Origin: Patescibacteria group bacterium
GTDB lineage: Bacteria; Patescibacteriota; Patescibacteriia; PEXW01
Reading direction: 5' to 3'
Assembly (NCBI GenBank): GCA_038063455.1
Contig: JBBTVB010000002.1
Span: 129,296 to 193,295 of the forward strand
Length of the DNA stretch: 64,000 bases
Below the pieces are notes generated by a model. The model searched no databases. It had not been told where the DNA came from and was given only the letters and a program-made list of their open reading frames with translations. This document shows, one piece after another, positions 1-7,364 of the stretch (position 1 is the first letter of the stretch; each line of letters begins with the position of its first letter). The translations under genes were made by a program, and so were the position numbers.

Positions 1-605
1 CTACAAGGTGTCACTGATGGAGCGGTTTCTGCTTGCGTACCGTTAAGAGCATTGACCACAAGCCATGGTTTGGTTGTGCTCACTGGGCGTTCTAACTCTG
101 TCACGATCACGTAGTTTGGTTCACCAGCTGCTGAGTTAGCCTGTGTTGTAGAACCACCGCCTGCACAAGAGAAATATACATATCTCTGGCTGAAGGCAAA
201 CGTGCCGTTGGCTGGCGGAGTTGGCAAACGAGAAATGTATTTAGCTCCTGCAACAAGAGCGTCATACATTAACTCACCAGCAGTGCTAGCAAAGTCTGAA
301 TCAATACCAGACTGGGTAATAACCACTGCGGCGCCGGCGGCATTCGTAGCGCTCCCAAAGGCTCCAATAGCTGCACCTGTGGTGTGCCCATTACCGAAGT
401 CGAATAATGAGTTCGGGTAGTTATTATTGGTATCATAATACAACGCCAAACCTGTGCGGAGCTGACCGAGGTCGCTCTTGCGTTGGCTGTCGCGTGCTTT
501 TTCACGTGCACCGTTGAGTGCGATGAGGCCCACGGCAGACAGGATACCGATGATGGCAATAACCACCAAAAGTTCAATGAGGGTAAAACCTTTTCGATTT
601 TGCAT
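1..605 (-). CDS. Type IV pilin (major-pilin candidate); 3' end runs off the window
   Basis: Not in the ORF track because no stop lies in the window. Manual translation of the minus strand from ATG 605-603 gives MQNRKGFTLIELLVVIAIIGILSAVGLIALNGAREKARDSQRKSDLGQLRTGLALYYD... This is a prepilin leader ending in G, then F+1 and E+5 with a hydrophobic N-terminal helix. The frame stays open to nt 3 (at least 201 codons). SD-like GGGAGGTGA lies about 5 nt before the ATG. Confidence 0.85.
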   Translation of the reverse strand, partial: MQNRKGFTLIELLVVIAIIGILSAVGLIALNGAREKARDSQRKSDLGQLRTGLALYYDTNNNYPNSLFDFGNGHTTGAAIGAFGSATNAAGAAVVITQSGIDSDFASTAGELMYDALVAGAKYISRLPTPPANGTFAFSQRYVYFSCAGGGSTTQANSAAGEPNYVIVTELERPVSTTKPWLVVNALNGTQAETAPSVTPC

Positions 606-759
606 GTCTGTCACCTCCCTTCGCTTTAATGCGGCGAAGCGGGTCGTCCGTCTGGGGGATCAGTGATCAGTACTGAACCACCCATCCTCCCTTGTCCGCC
701 TAAGCCCAAGGGGCGTAGGTGGACGTAAGTTCCAGGACAACTCGCAGCCACGACAAGAT
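606..759 (-). promoter_or_regulatory. Long structured 5' leader of the pilin gene (about 150 nt)
   Basis: Lies between the predicted -10 box (766-771) and the pilin ATG. Contains an imperfect 14-bp-stem hairpin (693-723), a CTTCGC-N9-GCGAAG hairpin just 5' of the SD, and two copies of AAGGGAGG about 90 nt apart. No riboswitch class recognised. Confidence 0.4.
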
Positions 760-765
760 AGGATT

Positions 766-795
766 ATTATAGCAGCTTTTGGGGGTATGTACCAA
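766..795 (-). promoter_or_regulatory. Sigma70-type promoter for the pilin gene (extended -10)
   Basis: Minus strand reads TTGGTA (795-790), an 18-nt spacer, then TGcTATAAT (-10 at 771-766 with an upstream TG). Confidence 0.45.
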
Positions 796-822
796 CATAG
801 GAACCAGCGCAGTCAGCGTTAT

Positions 823-967
823 CCCCTCCTCTCCCTCTGGGAGAGGTTCGGGTGAGGGGGAAACGAGACTATCCTTTGCTCGATATCACCTCACCTGCCC
901 TTCGGGCATCCTCTCCTGCGAGAGGAGAGGACGTTCTAAGTTCCTTCACTCTCCACTCGCGGGAGAG
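823..967. repeat. Three CT/GA-rich hairpins (cctctcc...ggagagg family) downstream of pilC
   Basis: Hairpin 1: cctctccc-tct-gggagagg (828-846), nested in cccct/agggg (823-859). Hairpin 2: tcctctcct-N5-aggagagga (909-931), preceded by tgccc-ttc-gggca (896-908). Hairpin 3: ctctcc-N7-ggagag (949-967). ORF-track entries 779..997 and 852..1109 are translations of these repeats. Confidence 0.6.
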
Positions 968-977
968 GGTTATGGAG

Positions 978-2186
978 CTAATTCACCGCTTCGCTGATGT
1001 TGTAAATTGGCAGCAAGATAGAAGACACCATAAACCCGACACCCACACCCATAACCAGCAAGATAACTGGCTCGATGAGTGCCACGAGGTTACGAACCAA
1101 GGCATCTAGCTCGTTTTCATAGAATTGCGCCACCTTAATGAGCACTTGGTCCAGCCGGCCAGACTGCTCGCCTACGCTCATCATTTGCGAGAGCATCAGC
1201 GGCACGGCCTTGCTTTTGACGAAGACAGTAGTAATAGAATTGCCGTCTTCGACCTCTTTAATGGTCTTTTCAACAATTTCCCGGTACGTGTAGTTGCCAA
1301 CCACTTCTGCAGTAATTGCCAAGGCATTCGAAATCGGCACCCCGGAGGTGAGCAGGGTAGAAAGCGTGCGCGAGAAACGCGTTAGGTAAATCATGGTAAA
1401 AATCTTGCCGCCAATGGGTATTTTAAGCTTTACAATATCCAAAATGCGTTTGCCACTCTCGGTACGGCGCCACAGCACAAACCCTACAATGATGCCGATA
1501 ACAGCCAAAATGACCACGTACCACTGGTTCTTGGCAAAGTTGCTTACCGCAATAAGGATGCGCGTGCTTAGTGGCAACTCCGCGCCACCTTCGGCAAACA
1601 CTTCTAAGAGCTTGGGCAACACGAATACCACCATCACAAAACCGACGGCGACAACGGCAAAGAGCACGACGGCCGGATAAATGAACGCCCCGCGAACGCG
1701 GCTGATGATGCCGTAATCTTTTTCCCGCTGGTCAGCCAGGTACACGAGCACTTCATCCAACTTCCCCGTGGTTTCACCCGAGCGGATCATGGACACGAAG
1801 AAGTTGTTAAACACCTGCGGGTACCGGCCCATGGCTGCCGAAAGCTTAGCGCCGCCGTCGACTTCGTCCAGCACGTCGGACAGAATCATTTTAAAATGCA
1901 CGTTGTTGGTTTGGCGCACCATAATGCGCAAGGCACGGACAATGGGCACATTCGCCGAAATCATCACCGAGAGCTGGCGAGCAAAAATGACCTGCTCTTT
2001 TACCGTCACACGGTTAAACAGGTTGGCGCCCAAGAACTTGGCGCTCTTGGCCCGCTCGTGCATGCTAATAATCGTCAGCTGCTTCTCGCGAAGGGTATCG
2101 TACGCGCCAGACTCAGTAGGGGCCACCACAGCCCCTTCCACGGTTTGGCCGGCCAGATTCTTCGCACGATAGTCAAAAATTGCCAT
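978..2186 (-). CDS. pilC: Type IV pilus platform protein PilC (GspF/T2SS-F family)
   Basis: 402 aa with two GspF-like halves and three TM segments. Sits directly downstream of the pilT-like gene. Confidence 0.9.
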   Translation of the reverse strand: MAIFDYRAKNLAGQTVEGAVVAPTESGAYDTLREKQLTIISMHERAKSAKFLGANLFNRVTVKEQVIFARQLSVMISANVPIVRALRIMVRQTNNVHFKMILSDVLDEVDGGAKLSAAMGRYPQVFNNFFVSMIRSGETTGKLDEVLVYLADQREKDYGIISRVRGAFIYPAVVLFAVVAVGFVMVVFVLPKLLEVFAEGGAELPLSTRILIAVSNFAKNQWYVVILAVIGIIVGFVLWRRTESGKRILDIVKLKIPIGGKIFTMIYLTRFSRTLSTLLTSGVPISNALAITAEVVGNYTYREIVEKTIKEVEDGNSITTVFVKSKAVPLMLSQMMSVGEQSGRLDQVLIKVAQFYENELDALVRNLVALIEPVILLVMGVGVGFMVSSILLPIYNISEAVN

Positions 2187-2191
2187 ATGGT

Positions 2192-3268
2192 TTAGCCGCG
2201 GCTTACAATGTTGCGAAGACTAGCAGGGTCCAGCGCCACGGCTTCGGCATCTTGCGGCAGGATATCCCCGACGCGGACGAGTTCAGCCAAGGTTCGGTCT
2301 AACGATTCCGTACCATCTTGCCGGCTGGTCTGCATAGCATTGGCTAGCTGCAAGAACTGCCCATCCCGAATAACTGCGCGCGTGGCGGCCGCCGGGGTAA
2401 AGACCTCGGCTACTAATACGCGGCCGCCGCCAACCCGGGGCACTAAACGTAGGTTAAGCACACCCTGGAGCGCATCAGCCAATTCTTTACGAACCGTAGG
2501 CTGGTCGGCTGGGGAAAAGGCGTTCACCAAGCGCTCGATCGCCTGCACTGCCGAGTCTGCAGTGATGGTGGCAATAATAAGCTTGCCGCTGTGCAAAGCG
2601 TGCACGCAGGCACGCATGTCCTCCGTGCTATCCAGCTCGCCAATAGCAATAACGTCTACATCTTCCATATCCGTCAGCGTGAGCGCATGGCCAATAGTCG
2701 GCACGTCCGCACCCACCTCCCGCTGTTCAATCACGCTCTTCTGGCTCACGAATAAAAATTCAATGGGTTGCTCAATGCTAAGAATGTGTGCCACGCGCTC
2801 CAGGTTAATAAGGTTGACCAGCGAGGCTAGCACGGTGGTGCGACCCGCGCCGTACGGGCCAGAAATAAGCACTAACCCGTGCGGCGCACGAGCAAATGCC
2901 TCGGCACTCTTGGGCAGGCCGAGCTCGCGCGGGGTCGGGATGGCATCGGGAATGTAGCGTAGGTCCAAAGAGAGTGTCCCCTTCTGGTACATGGCGGTCA
3001 AACGGAAGCGCAATTTGCCGTCCACCGCCACGGTGGCGTGCACATCACGCTCGCGTTCGAGCGTCGCTTTCTGGCTTTCGGAAAGAATGCCATCAACAAA
3101 GCCCCGCACCACGTCCGCACTCACCACCGGCTCTTGGTCCAGCGGCACCAGCTTGCCGTCAACGCGGAGGAAGGGCGGGTTGCCCGGCACAAGGTGAACA
3201 TCAGACGCGCGGTACTGCGTGGCCTGGGTAAGTATTCGAGTGATAGCTTGCTGCTCGGAGGTTAACAT
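2192..3268 (-). CDS. pilT: PilT-family hexameric ATPase homologue with degenerate catalytic motifs
   Basis: 358 aa with PilT-like length and layout. Walker A is GPYGAGRTT (Lys replaced by Arg). The Asp box is IEQPIEF, Walker B is DVIAIGELD, and the His box is SGKLIIATITADSA (both His lost). An AIRNLIRE-like ATRAVIRDGQ motif is present. Confidence 0.8.
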   Translation of the reverse strand: MLTSEQQAITRILTQATQYRASDVHLVPGNPPFLRVDGKLVPLDQEPVVSADVVRGFVDGILSESQKATLERERDVHATVAVDGKLRFRLTAMYQKGTLSLDLRYIPDAIPTPRELGLPKSAEAFARAPHGLVLISGPYGAGRTTVLASLVNLINLERVAHILSIEQPIEFLFVSQKSVIEQREVGADVPTIGHALTLTDMEDVDVIAIGELDSTEDMRACVHALHSGKLIIATITADSAVQAIERLVNAFSPADQPTVRKELADALQGVLNLRLVPRVGGGRVLVAEVFTPAAATRAVIRDGQFLQLANAMQTSRQDGTESLDRTLAELVRVGDILPQDAEAVALDPASLRNIVSRG

Positions 3269-3284
3269 CGTGTAGGGTTCAAGT

Positions 3285-3377
3285 TTATTCTAACGAAGGC
3301 ACCCTGTACCGGAGCGTAGCGACTGGTACGGGGTGGGTGAGTATTCGAGTAATAGCTTGTTGTTCAGAAGTCAGCAT
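3285..3377 (-). other. 30-codon upstream ORF or gene remnant duplicating PilT codons 1-14
   Basis: Minus strand reads ATGCTGACTTCTGAACAACAAGCTATTACTCGAATACTCACC..., which translates to MLTSEQQAITRILT HPVPVATLRYRVPSLE*. The first 14 aa are identical to PilT (ATGTTAACCTCCGAGCAGCAAGCTATCACTCGAATACTTACC at 3268-3227), with 9 nt differences that are all synonymous. Confidence 0.5.
3300..3335. repeat. Hairpin repeat, copy 1 (ccctgYacc-ggaRcgtagcgact-ggtRcRggg)
   Basis: Stem 3302-3310 pairs with 3325-3333 around a 14-nt loop ggagcgtagcgact. A second copy at 24243-24278 has the same loop and compensatory stem changes. Confidence 0.6.
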
Positions 3378-3393
3378 TGAAAATCTAAAGTGG

Positions 3394-3837
3394 TTACTTC
3401 ATTAAACGTCGGACCTTGGCCACAACTTCGGACGGCATGAAGTGCGCTTTAATAAGGTAGTCGAGGGCGCCCAGGTCTAAGCCTTTTTGTACGTCTTCTT
3501 TTTGGCCCAAATTGGTGAGTAAAATAACTGGTACATTTTTGGTGAGTGCATTGGCTTTTACTTCTTTAAGCACGTCGAAACCGCTCTTCTTGGGCAGCAC
3601 AATATCCAGCAGCATCAGGTCGGGCACTTCACGTAGGGCCAGGGTCACGGCCTGCTCGCCATCGCTGGCCAGCACGACATGAAAACCTTCAAGTTCCAAC
3701 TTCGTTACGTACATGCCAGCCAAAAACGTATCGTCTTCAACCAGCAAAATAGTGTGTTTTTTTTCAGTCGCGGGTTTTGCGGCTGCGGCGGGAACTTTCT
3801 TCTGGAGTGGTCGCTTCGGTGTAGGCATAGGGGGCAA
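3394..3837 (-). CDS. Single-domain response regulator (CheY/PilH-like REC) with a basic N-terminal tail
   Basis: 147 aa. Motifs: ILLVEDD, phospho-acceptor context LLDIVLP, LLTNLG, DYLIK. No output domain. Located between pilB and the pilT-like gene. Confidence 0.85.
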   Translation of the reverse strand: MPPMPTPKRPLQKKVPAAAAKPATEKKHTILLVEDDTFLAGMYVTKLELEGFHVVLASDGEQAVTLALREVPDLMLLDIVLPKKSGFDVLKEVKANALTKNVPVILLTNLGQKEDVQKGLDLGALDYLIKAHFMPSEVVAKVRRLMK

Positions 3838-3846
3838 GTGAGTGGG

Positions 3847-5607
3847 TTATTCTTGAGTAGCGCGTAAGACTTCTTCCACGGTGGTTAGGCCAATAAGGGC
3901 TTTTACAAAACCGTCTTCTTTCATGGTCAGCACGCCCTGGCGCTTAGATTCGGCTTTAATATCCTGCAGGCGTGAGCCGCTGGTGATAATAATTTTCATC
4001 TCATCGGTAATTTCAATGACTTCCGCCACCACCAGGCGGCCTTTGTAGCCGGTGTTGCCACAGCGCACGCAGCCGCGGCCATGAGAGAACTGGAGCTTGT
4101 CGAGCGAGAAGTCTTTCGGGAAGGCGGACTGGGACGCCGCTTTGAGCGTCGTCAGCACAATGTCGCGTGTGGCGTCGGGTACCTCTTGCGGCTCTTTGCA
4201 ATACTCGCAAATGCGGCGCACCAACCGCTGGGCAATGATGGTAGAAAGGGACGATGCAATGAGGAACGGTTCCACTTTCATATCAATAAGCCGCGGCACG
4301 GCGCCAAAGGCATCATTGGTGTGCAAGGTGGAAAATACCAAGTGCCCGGTGAGGGCAGCGTTGACCGCGAGTTCAGCAGTTTCCGTGTCGCGGATTTCAC
4401 CGACCATGACCACGTCAGGGTCTTGGCGCAGAATCGAGCGCAACCCGTTGGCAAAATTGTAGCCCACGTCCGCATTCACCTGGCTCTGGTTCACACCCTC
4501 GGTGTGGTACTCCACCGGATCTTCCAGGGTAACAATGTTCACGTCTTCGGTGTTGATCATGCCGATGAGCGTGTACAGGGTGGTGGACTTACCCGAGCCG
4601 GTCGGGCCGGTGCTGAGCACCATGCCCTGCGTGGAAGAGAGTGATTTGACCAGCACGTCCCGCTCGCGGGCAATAAAGCCCAGGTCGTCGAGCGTGAGGA
4701 TGCGGCTGGACGAGTCGAGAATACGCATCACGACTTTTTCGTTGTTCATCAGCGGCAGGGTGGACACGCGGAGGTCAATGGACTTGCCGTCCACTTCGGT
4801 GTGGAAGCGCCCGTCTTGCGGCAAGCGCGTTTCGTCGAGCTTGAGGTTAGAAATGACCTTGATGCGTGCCACGATAGCGGCGTGCACGTAGGGTGGCAGC
4901 TTGATAGAGGTGTGCAAAATGCCGTCCACGCGGTAGCGGACGCGCGACCCCTCGACCGTGGGCTCAATGTGGATGTCGGACGCGCCGCCTTCAATAGCAT
5001 GGCGCAAAATGACCGCCACCATCTTGGACACCGGTGCGGTTTTAATAACTTCTTCAATGCCTTTATCGGCTAAGCTAATTTCGTCCAGCGCGCTAACTGT
5101 GGGGCGATCTGAGGGCTGGGTGGCGGCCAGTGCTTCTTGTACCTCAGCGCTCAAGCTAGCGTACTGCTTCAGAATGCCGCCCATCGAGTCGGACGACGCA
5201 ATGTGGTAGTCGATTGTAAAGTTGTTGTTGCGCGCTATAAATTCAATAGCTTCGAGCGCTCGGAAGTTTGTCGGGTCTACCAAGGCCACGCTCAACTTGC
5301 CTTTGTCCTTGGCAAAGGCCACCATTTGGTAGTTGCGGGCAATATCACGGGGGATAAGGTTGAGCAAGTCGGGGCCAATAACCCGTCCTTGCAGCTCGAC
5401 GTAGGGAATTTGAAAAACGTCGGCCCGGACCTTGGCCAGGTCGTCAGATTTTACAATGCCCTGCTCTTCCAGCACGCTAATGGTCGGCACACGCTTCTGG
5501 CGCGCCTGCTGTTCCGCGGCGGTAAACTGGGCGGGGGTAATGACTTTTCGCTCCAGCAGCACGCTCGCTAAGTCGCGAACGTCAGTTTTCACAAAGCTTG
5601 GGCTCAT
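3847..5607 (-). CDS. pilB: Type IV pilus extension ATPase PilB (GspE family)
   Basis: 586 aa. Canonical motifs: Walker A GPTGSGKSTT, Asp box LEDPVEY, Walker B DVVMVGEIRD, His box TGHLVFSTLHTNDA, and a tetracysteine CEYC...CVRC. Confidence 0.93.
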   Translation of the reverse strand: MSPSFVKTDVRDLASVLLERKVITPAQFTAAEQQARQKRVPTISVLEEQGIVKSDDLAKVRADVFQIPYVELQGRVIGPDLLNLIPRDIARNYQMVAFAKDKGKLSVALVDPTNFRALEAIEFIARNNNFTIDYHIASSDSMGGILKQYASLSAEVQEALAATQPSDRPTVSALDEISLADKGIEEVIKTAPVSKMVAVILRHAIEGGASDIHIEPTVEGSRVRYRVDGILHTSIKLPPYVHAAIVARIKVISNLKLDETRLPQDGRFHTEVDGKSIDLRVSTLPLMNNEKVVMRILDSSSRILTLDDLGFIARERDVLVKSLSSTQGMVLSTGPTGSGKSTTLYTLIGMINTEDVNIVTLEDPVEYHTEGVNQSQVNADVGYNFANGLRSILRQDPDVVMVGEIRDTETAELAVNAALTGHLVFSTLHTNDAFGAVPRLIDMKVEPFLIASSLSTIIAQRLVRRICEYCKEPQEVPDATRDIVLTTLKAASQSAFPKDFSLDKLQFSHGRGCVRCGNTGYKGRLVVAEVIEITDEMKIIITSGSRLQDIKAESKRQGVLTMKEDGFVKALIGLTTVEEVLRATQE

Positions 5608-6770
5608 AGCGGCACGAAAGGGTTTGCCCGGCCGGCTTTCCCGAGTTCCTGCCCGCTGGACTGGTTGCCCGCCCGGTCAACGGCGATGACGGTGTAGTAC
5701 AAAGTTTTTCCAGGGATCAGGTTTTTGTTCTCGATGCACAGCTCTTTGCTGCAGTCGCCGGTCGTGGTGGCAGCCTGATCGAGCGTGGCCACATCTTGCA
5801 CATTTTTCTGGCCCACCAGCGTGCCCAGCAACAGCGCCGCATCAGACCGAAACACGTCGTAGCGCACCACGTCGGCCGACGGTGAGGGCACCCAGGACAC
5901 CCGGACCAGATTGTTCTGGCCGTCGTAGGCGGTGGTCACGAAATCTGGCGCGTCGGGCATAGTGGCGTCGGTGCTGGTAATTTTTCCAGTCCAGGTTAGG
6001 CCGCCAATAGAGTCGGTCAGCCACACGACGGTGTAAAAATGCATGTCCGCTTTTCCACCGGCGTCATTAAAATTGGTAGTGCTGGCGTCCAGCGCTGCGA
6101 CCCGGCGACCGAGCAGGCCGGCAGCATCAGAGCGGTACACCTCAACTTTTTTGCCTTCCGCAGCACCAGGGGTTACCCACTGCAAGCGCACGCCGGCGGC
6201 ATCTGCCGCTTCGATGGTGAGCCCACCGCCGCTGGCCCCCACCTTGGCCGCAATTTGTGCCGATTGCGCGGCGCCTACCTGCTTCACGTAGTTAATGACA
6301 TAGGTCGCTGCCTGGCCGTCCACCGCCTGGGTGTAGAGGTACGACGTTGCGGTCGCGGGCAGCGTCACCAGGTTCTCATTGGTATCGCCCACCGCGCGGC
6401 TAACCCGGACCAGCGTGGCATCAAGTTTTGCCGGCGGTTTCCAGGTAAACAGAATTGCGCCGCCAGTTTGCACGTTAAAAGCTTCAACCGTGGGGGCGGC
6501 CACTTCGGTAGCCGGAATCTCGGCCGTCGCTTGGGTAATAAGCTCGGTGCCGCCTTTGGGCGAGAGCGCGTAGAACCGCGGGTCACGAAAAATTGCCTGC
6601 CCAAAATCTTTCGCTACGGTTTTGGTCTGCGTGGGGGTGCTGCCGGTGCTGGCCCCGCCGCTGCTCGACATGTTCAAGTACAGCACGTACCCGCCCAAGA
6701 GCAGGATGGGAATGCCGCCGAAGAGCAGGATTTTTTTAAGACGTTCGGGAGTTTGCTTCTGGACGAGCAT
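5604..6770 (-). CDS. Membrane-anchored protein with three FN3-like repeats (pilus-operon accessory)
   Basis: 388 aa with an N-terminal TM. Three modules of the type xLxWxxP...V(R/E)VYRS...YTV (AILFTWKPP..., GVRLQWVTP...VEVYRSD..., LVRVSWVPS...YDVFRSD...YYTVIAVD). Its stop overlaps the pilB start (ATGA at 5604-5607). Confidence 0.6.
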   Translation of the reverse strand: MLVQKQTPERLKKILLFGGIPILLLGGYVLYLNMSSSGGASTGSTPTQTKTVAKDFGQAIFRDPRFYALSPKGGTELITQATAEIPATEVAAPTVEAFNVQTGGAILFTWKPPAKLDATLVRVSRAVGDTNENLVTLPATATSYLYTQAVDGQAATYVINYVKQVGAAQSAQIAAKVGASGGGLTIEAADAAGVRLQWVTPGAAEGKKVEVYRSDAAGLLGRRVAALDASTTNFNDAGGKADMHFYTVVWLTDSIGGLTWTGKITSTDATMPDAPDFVTTAYDGQNNLVRVSWVPSPSADVVRYDVFRSDAALLLGTLVGQKNVQDVATLDQAATTTGDCSKELCIENKNLIPGKTLYYTVIAVDRAGNQSSGQELGKAGRANPFVPL

Positions 6771-6775
6771 GGCGG

Positions 6776-7363
6776 TTAGCTTTCAAAATAGTACGAGCGG
6801 AAACTAAAGCTGTAGCTATTTGGCTGGCTGGAAGATGAGGGTGAGTGAGAAATGGAAGTGAGGTCGAGCAAGGGGGCTTGGCGGGACACGACGTTCAAAA
6901 AATTCTTGAGTCCGTTGTAGTCGAGTGCGCCGCTGAGGATAACCGAGACGGTTACCGTGCGCAGGCCACCGACGCTGGCTGAGCCAGCCGCCGAGCCGCC
7001 ATCCGACACTGCGACCGAGGACAGGTCCATATTCGCATCCTTGGCAAAAGCTTGCATCTGCCGAAAAATCCCGGGCACATCGCGGCCCCGCGGCACAATG
7101 GCATTCAGGCGGGCAATATCGTCCGGCGAGACCGCATTCACCTCGTCACGCAAGCCGCGTAGCTGCTCCAGGTAGCTTTGCTGGGCCGCCAGCTGGGCTT
7201 GCTTCTGGGTATAGTCCAACCCGCCCAGCGCACGCACTTCTTTCACCCGCGGGGCGACGAACAAGAACCCGCCGATAATCAGGACCAGGGCGGAAACGCC
7301 TATGCCGAACACCAGGACATGTCGTTCGACGAAGTGTGTGAGTGAGGTAAGGGAGATGCGCAT
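6776..7363 (-). CDS. pilO: PilO-like pilus alignment protein
   Basis: 195 aa: N-terminal TM, a coiled-coil segment, then an alpha/beta domain. Position directly after pilN. Confidence 0.6.
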   Translation of the reverse strand: MRISLTSLTHFVERHVLVFGIGVSALVLIIGGFLFVAPRVKEVRALGGLDYTQKQAQLAAQQSYLEQLRGLRDEVNAVSPDDIARLNAIVPRGRDVPGIFRQMQAFAKDANMDLSSVAVSDGGSAAGSASVGGLRTVTVSVILSGALDYNGLKNFLNVVSRQAPLLDLTSISHSPSSSSQPNSYSFSFRSYYFES

Positions 7364-7364
7364 A

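Noticed and set aside
269-577. 102-aa minus-strand ORF inside the pilin region
   Set aside because: It is in a different frame from the clear prepilin reading frame that starts at 605. The pilin frame explains the region.
606-759. c-di-GMP or other known riboswitch in the pilin leader
   Set aside because: I could not find the conserved GEMM-type tetraloop/receptor features or any other riboswitch core that I know. It is kept only as an unclassified structured leader.
779-1109. ORF-track entries 779..997(+) and 852..1109(+)
   Set aside because: They are translations of the CT/GA-rich hairpin repeats and of the antisense of the pilC 3' end (peptides such as SPSGRGSGEGE). They have no start context, so I treat them as non-coding.
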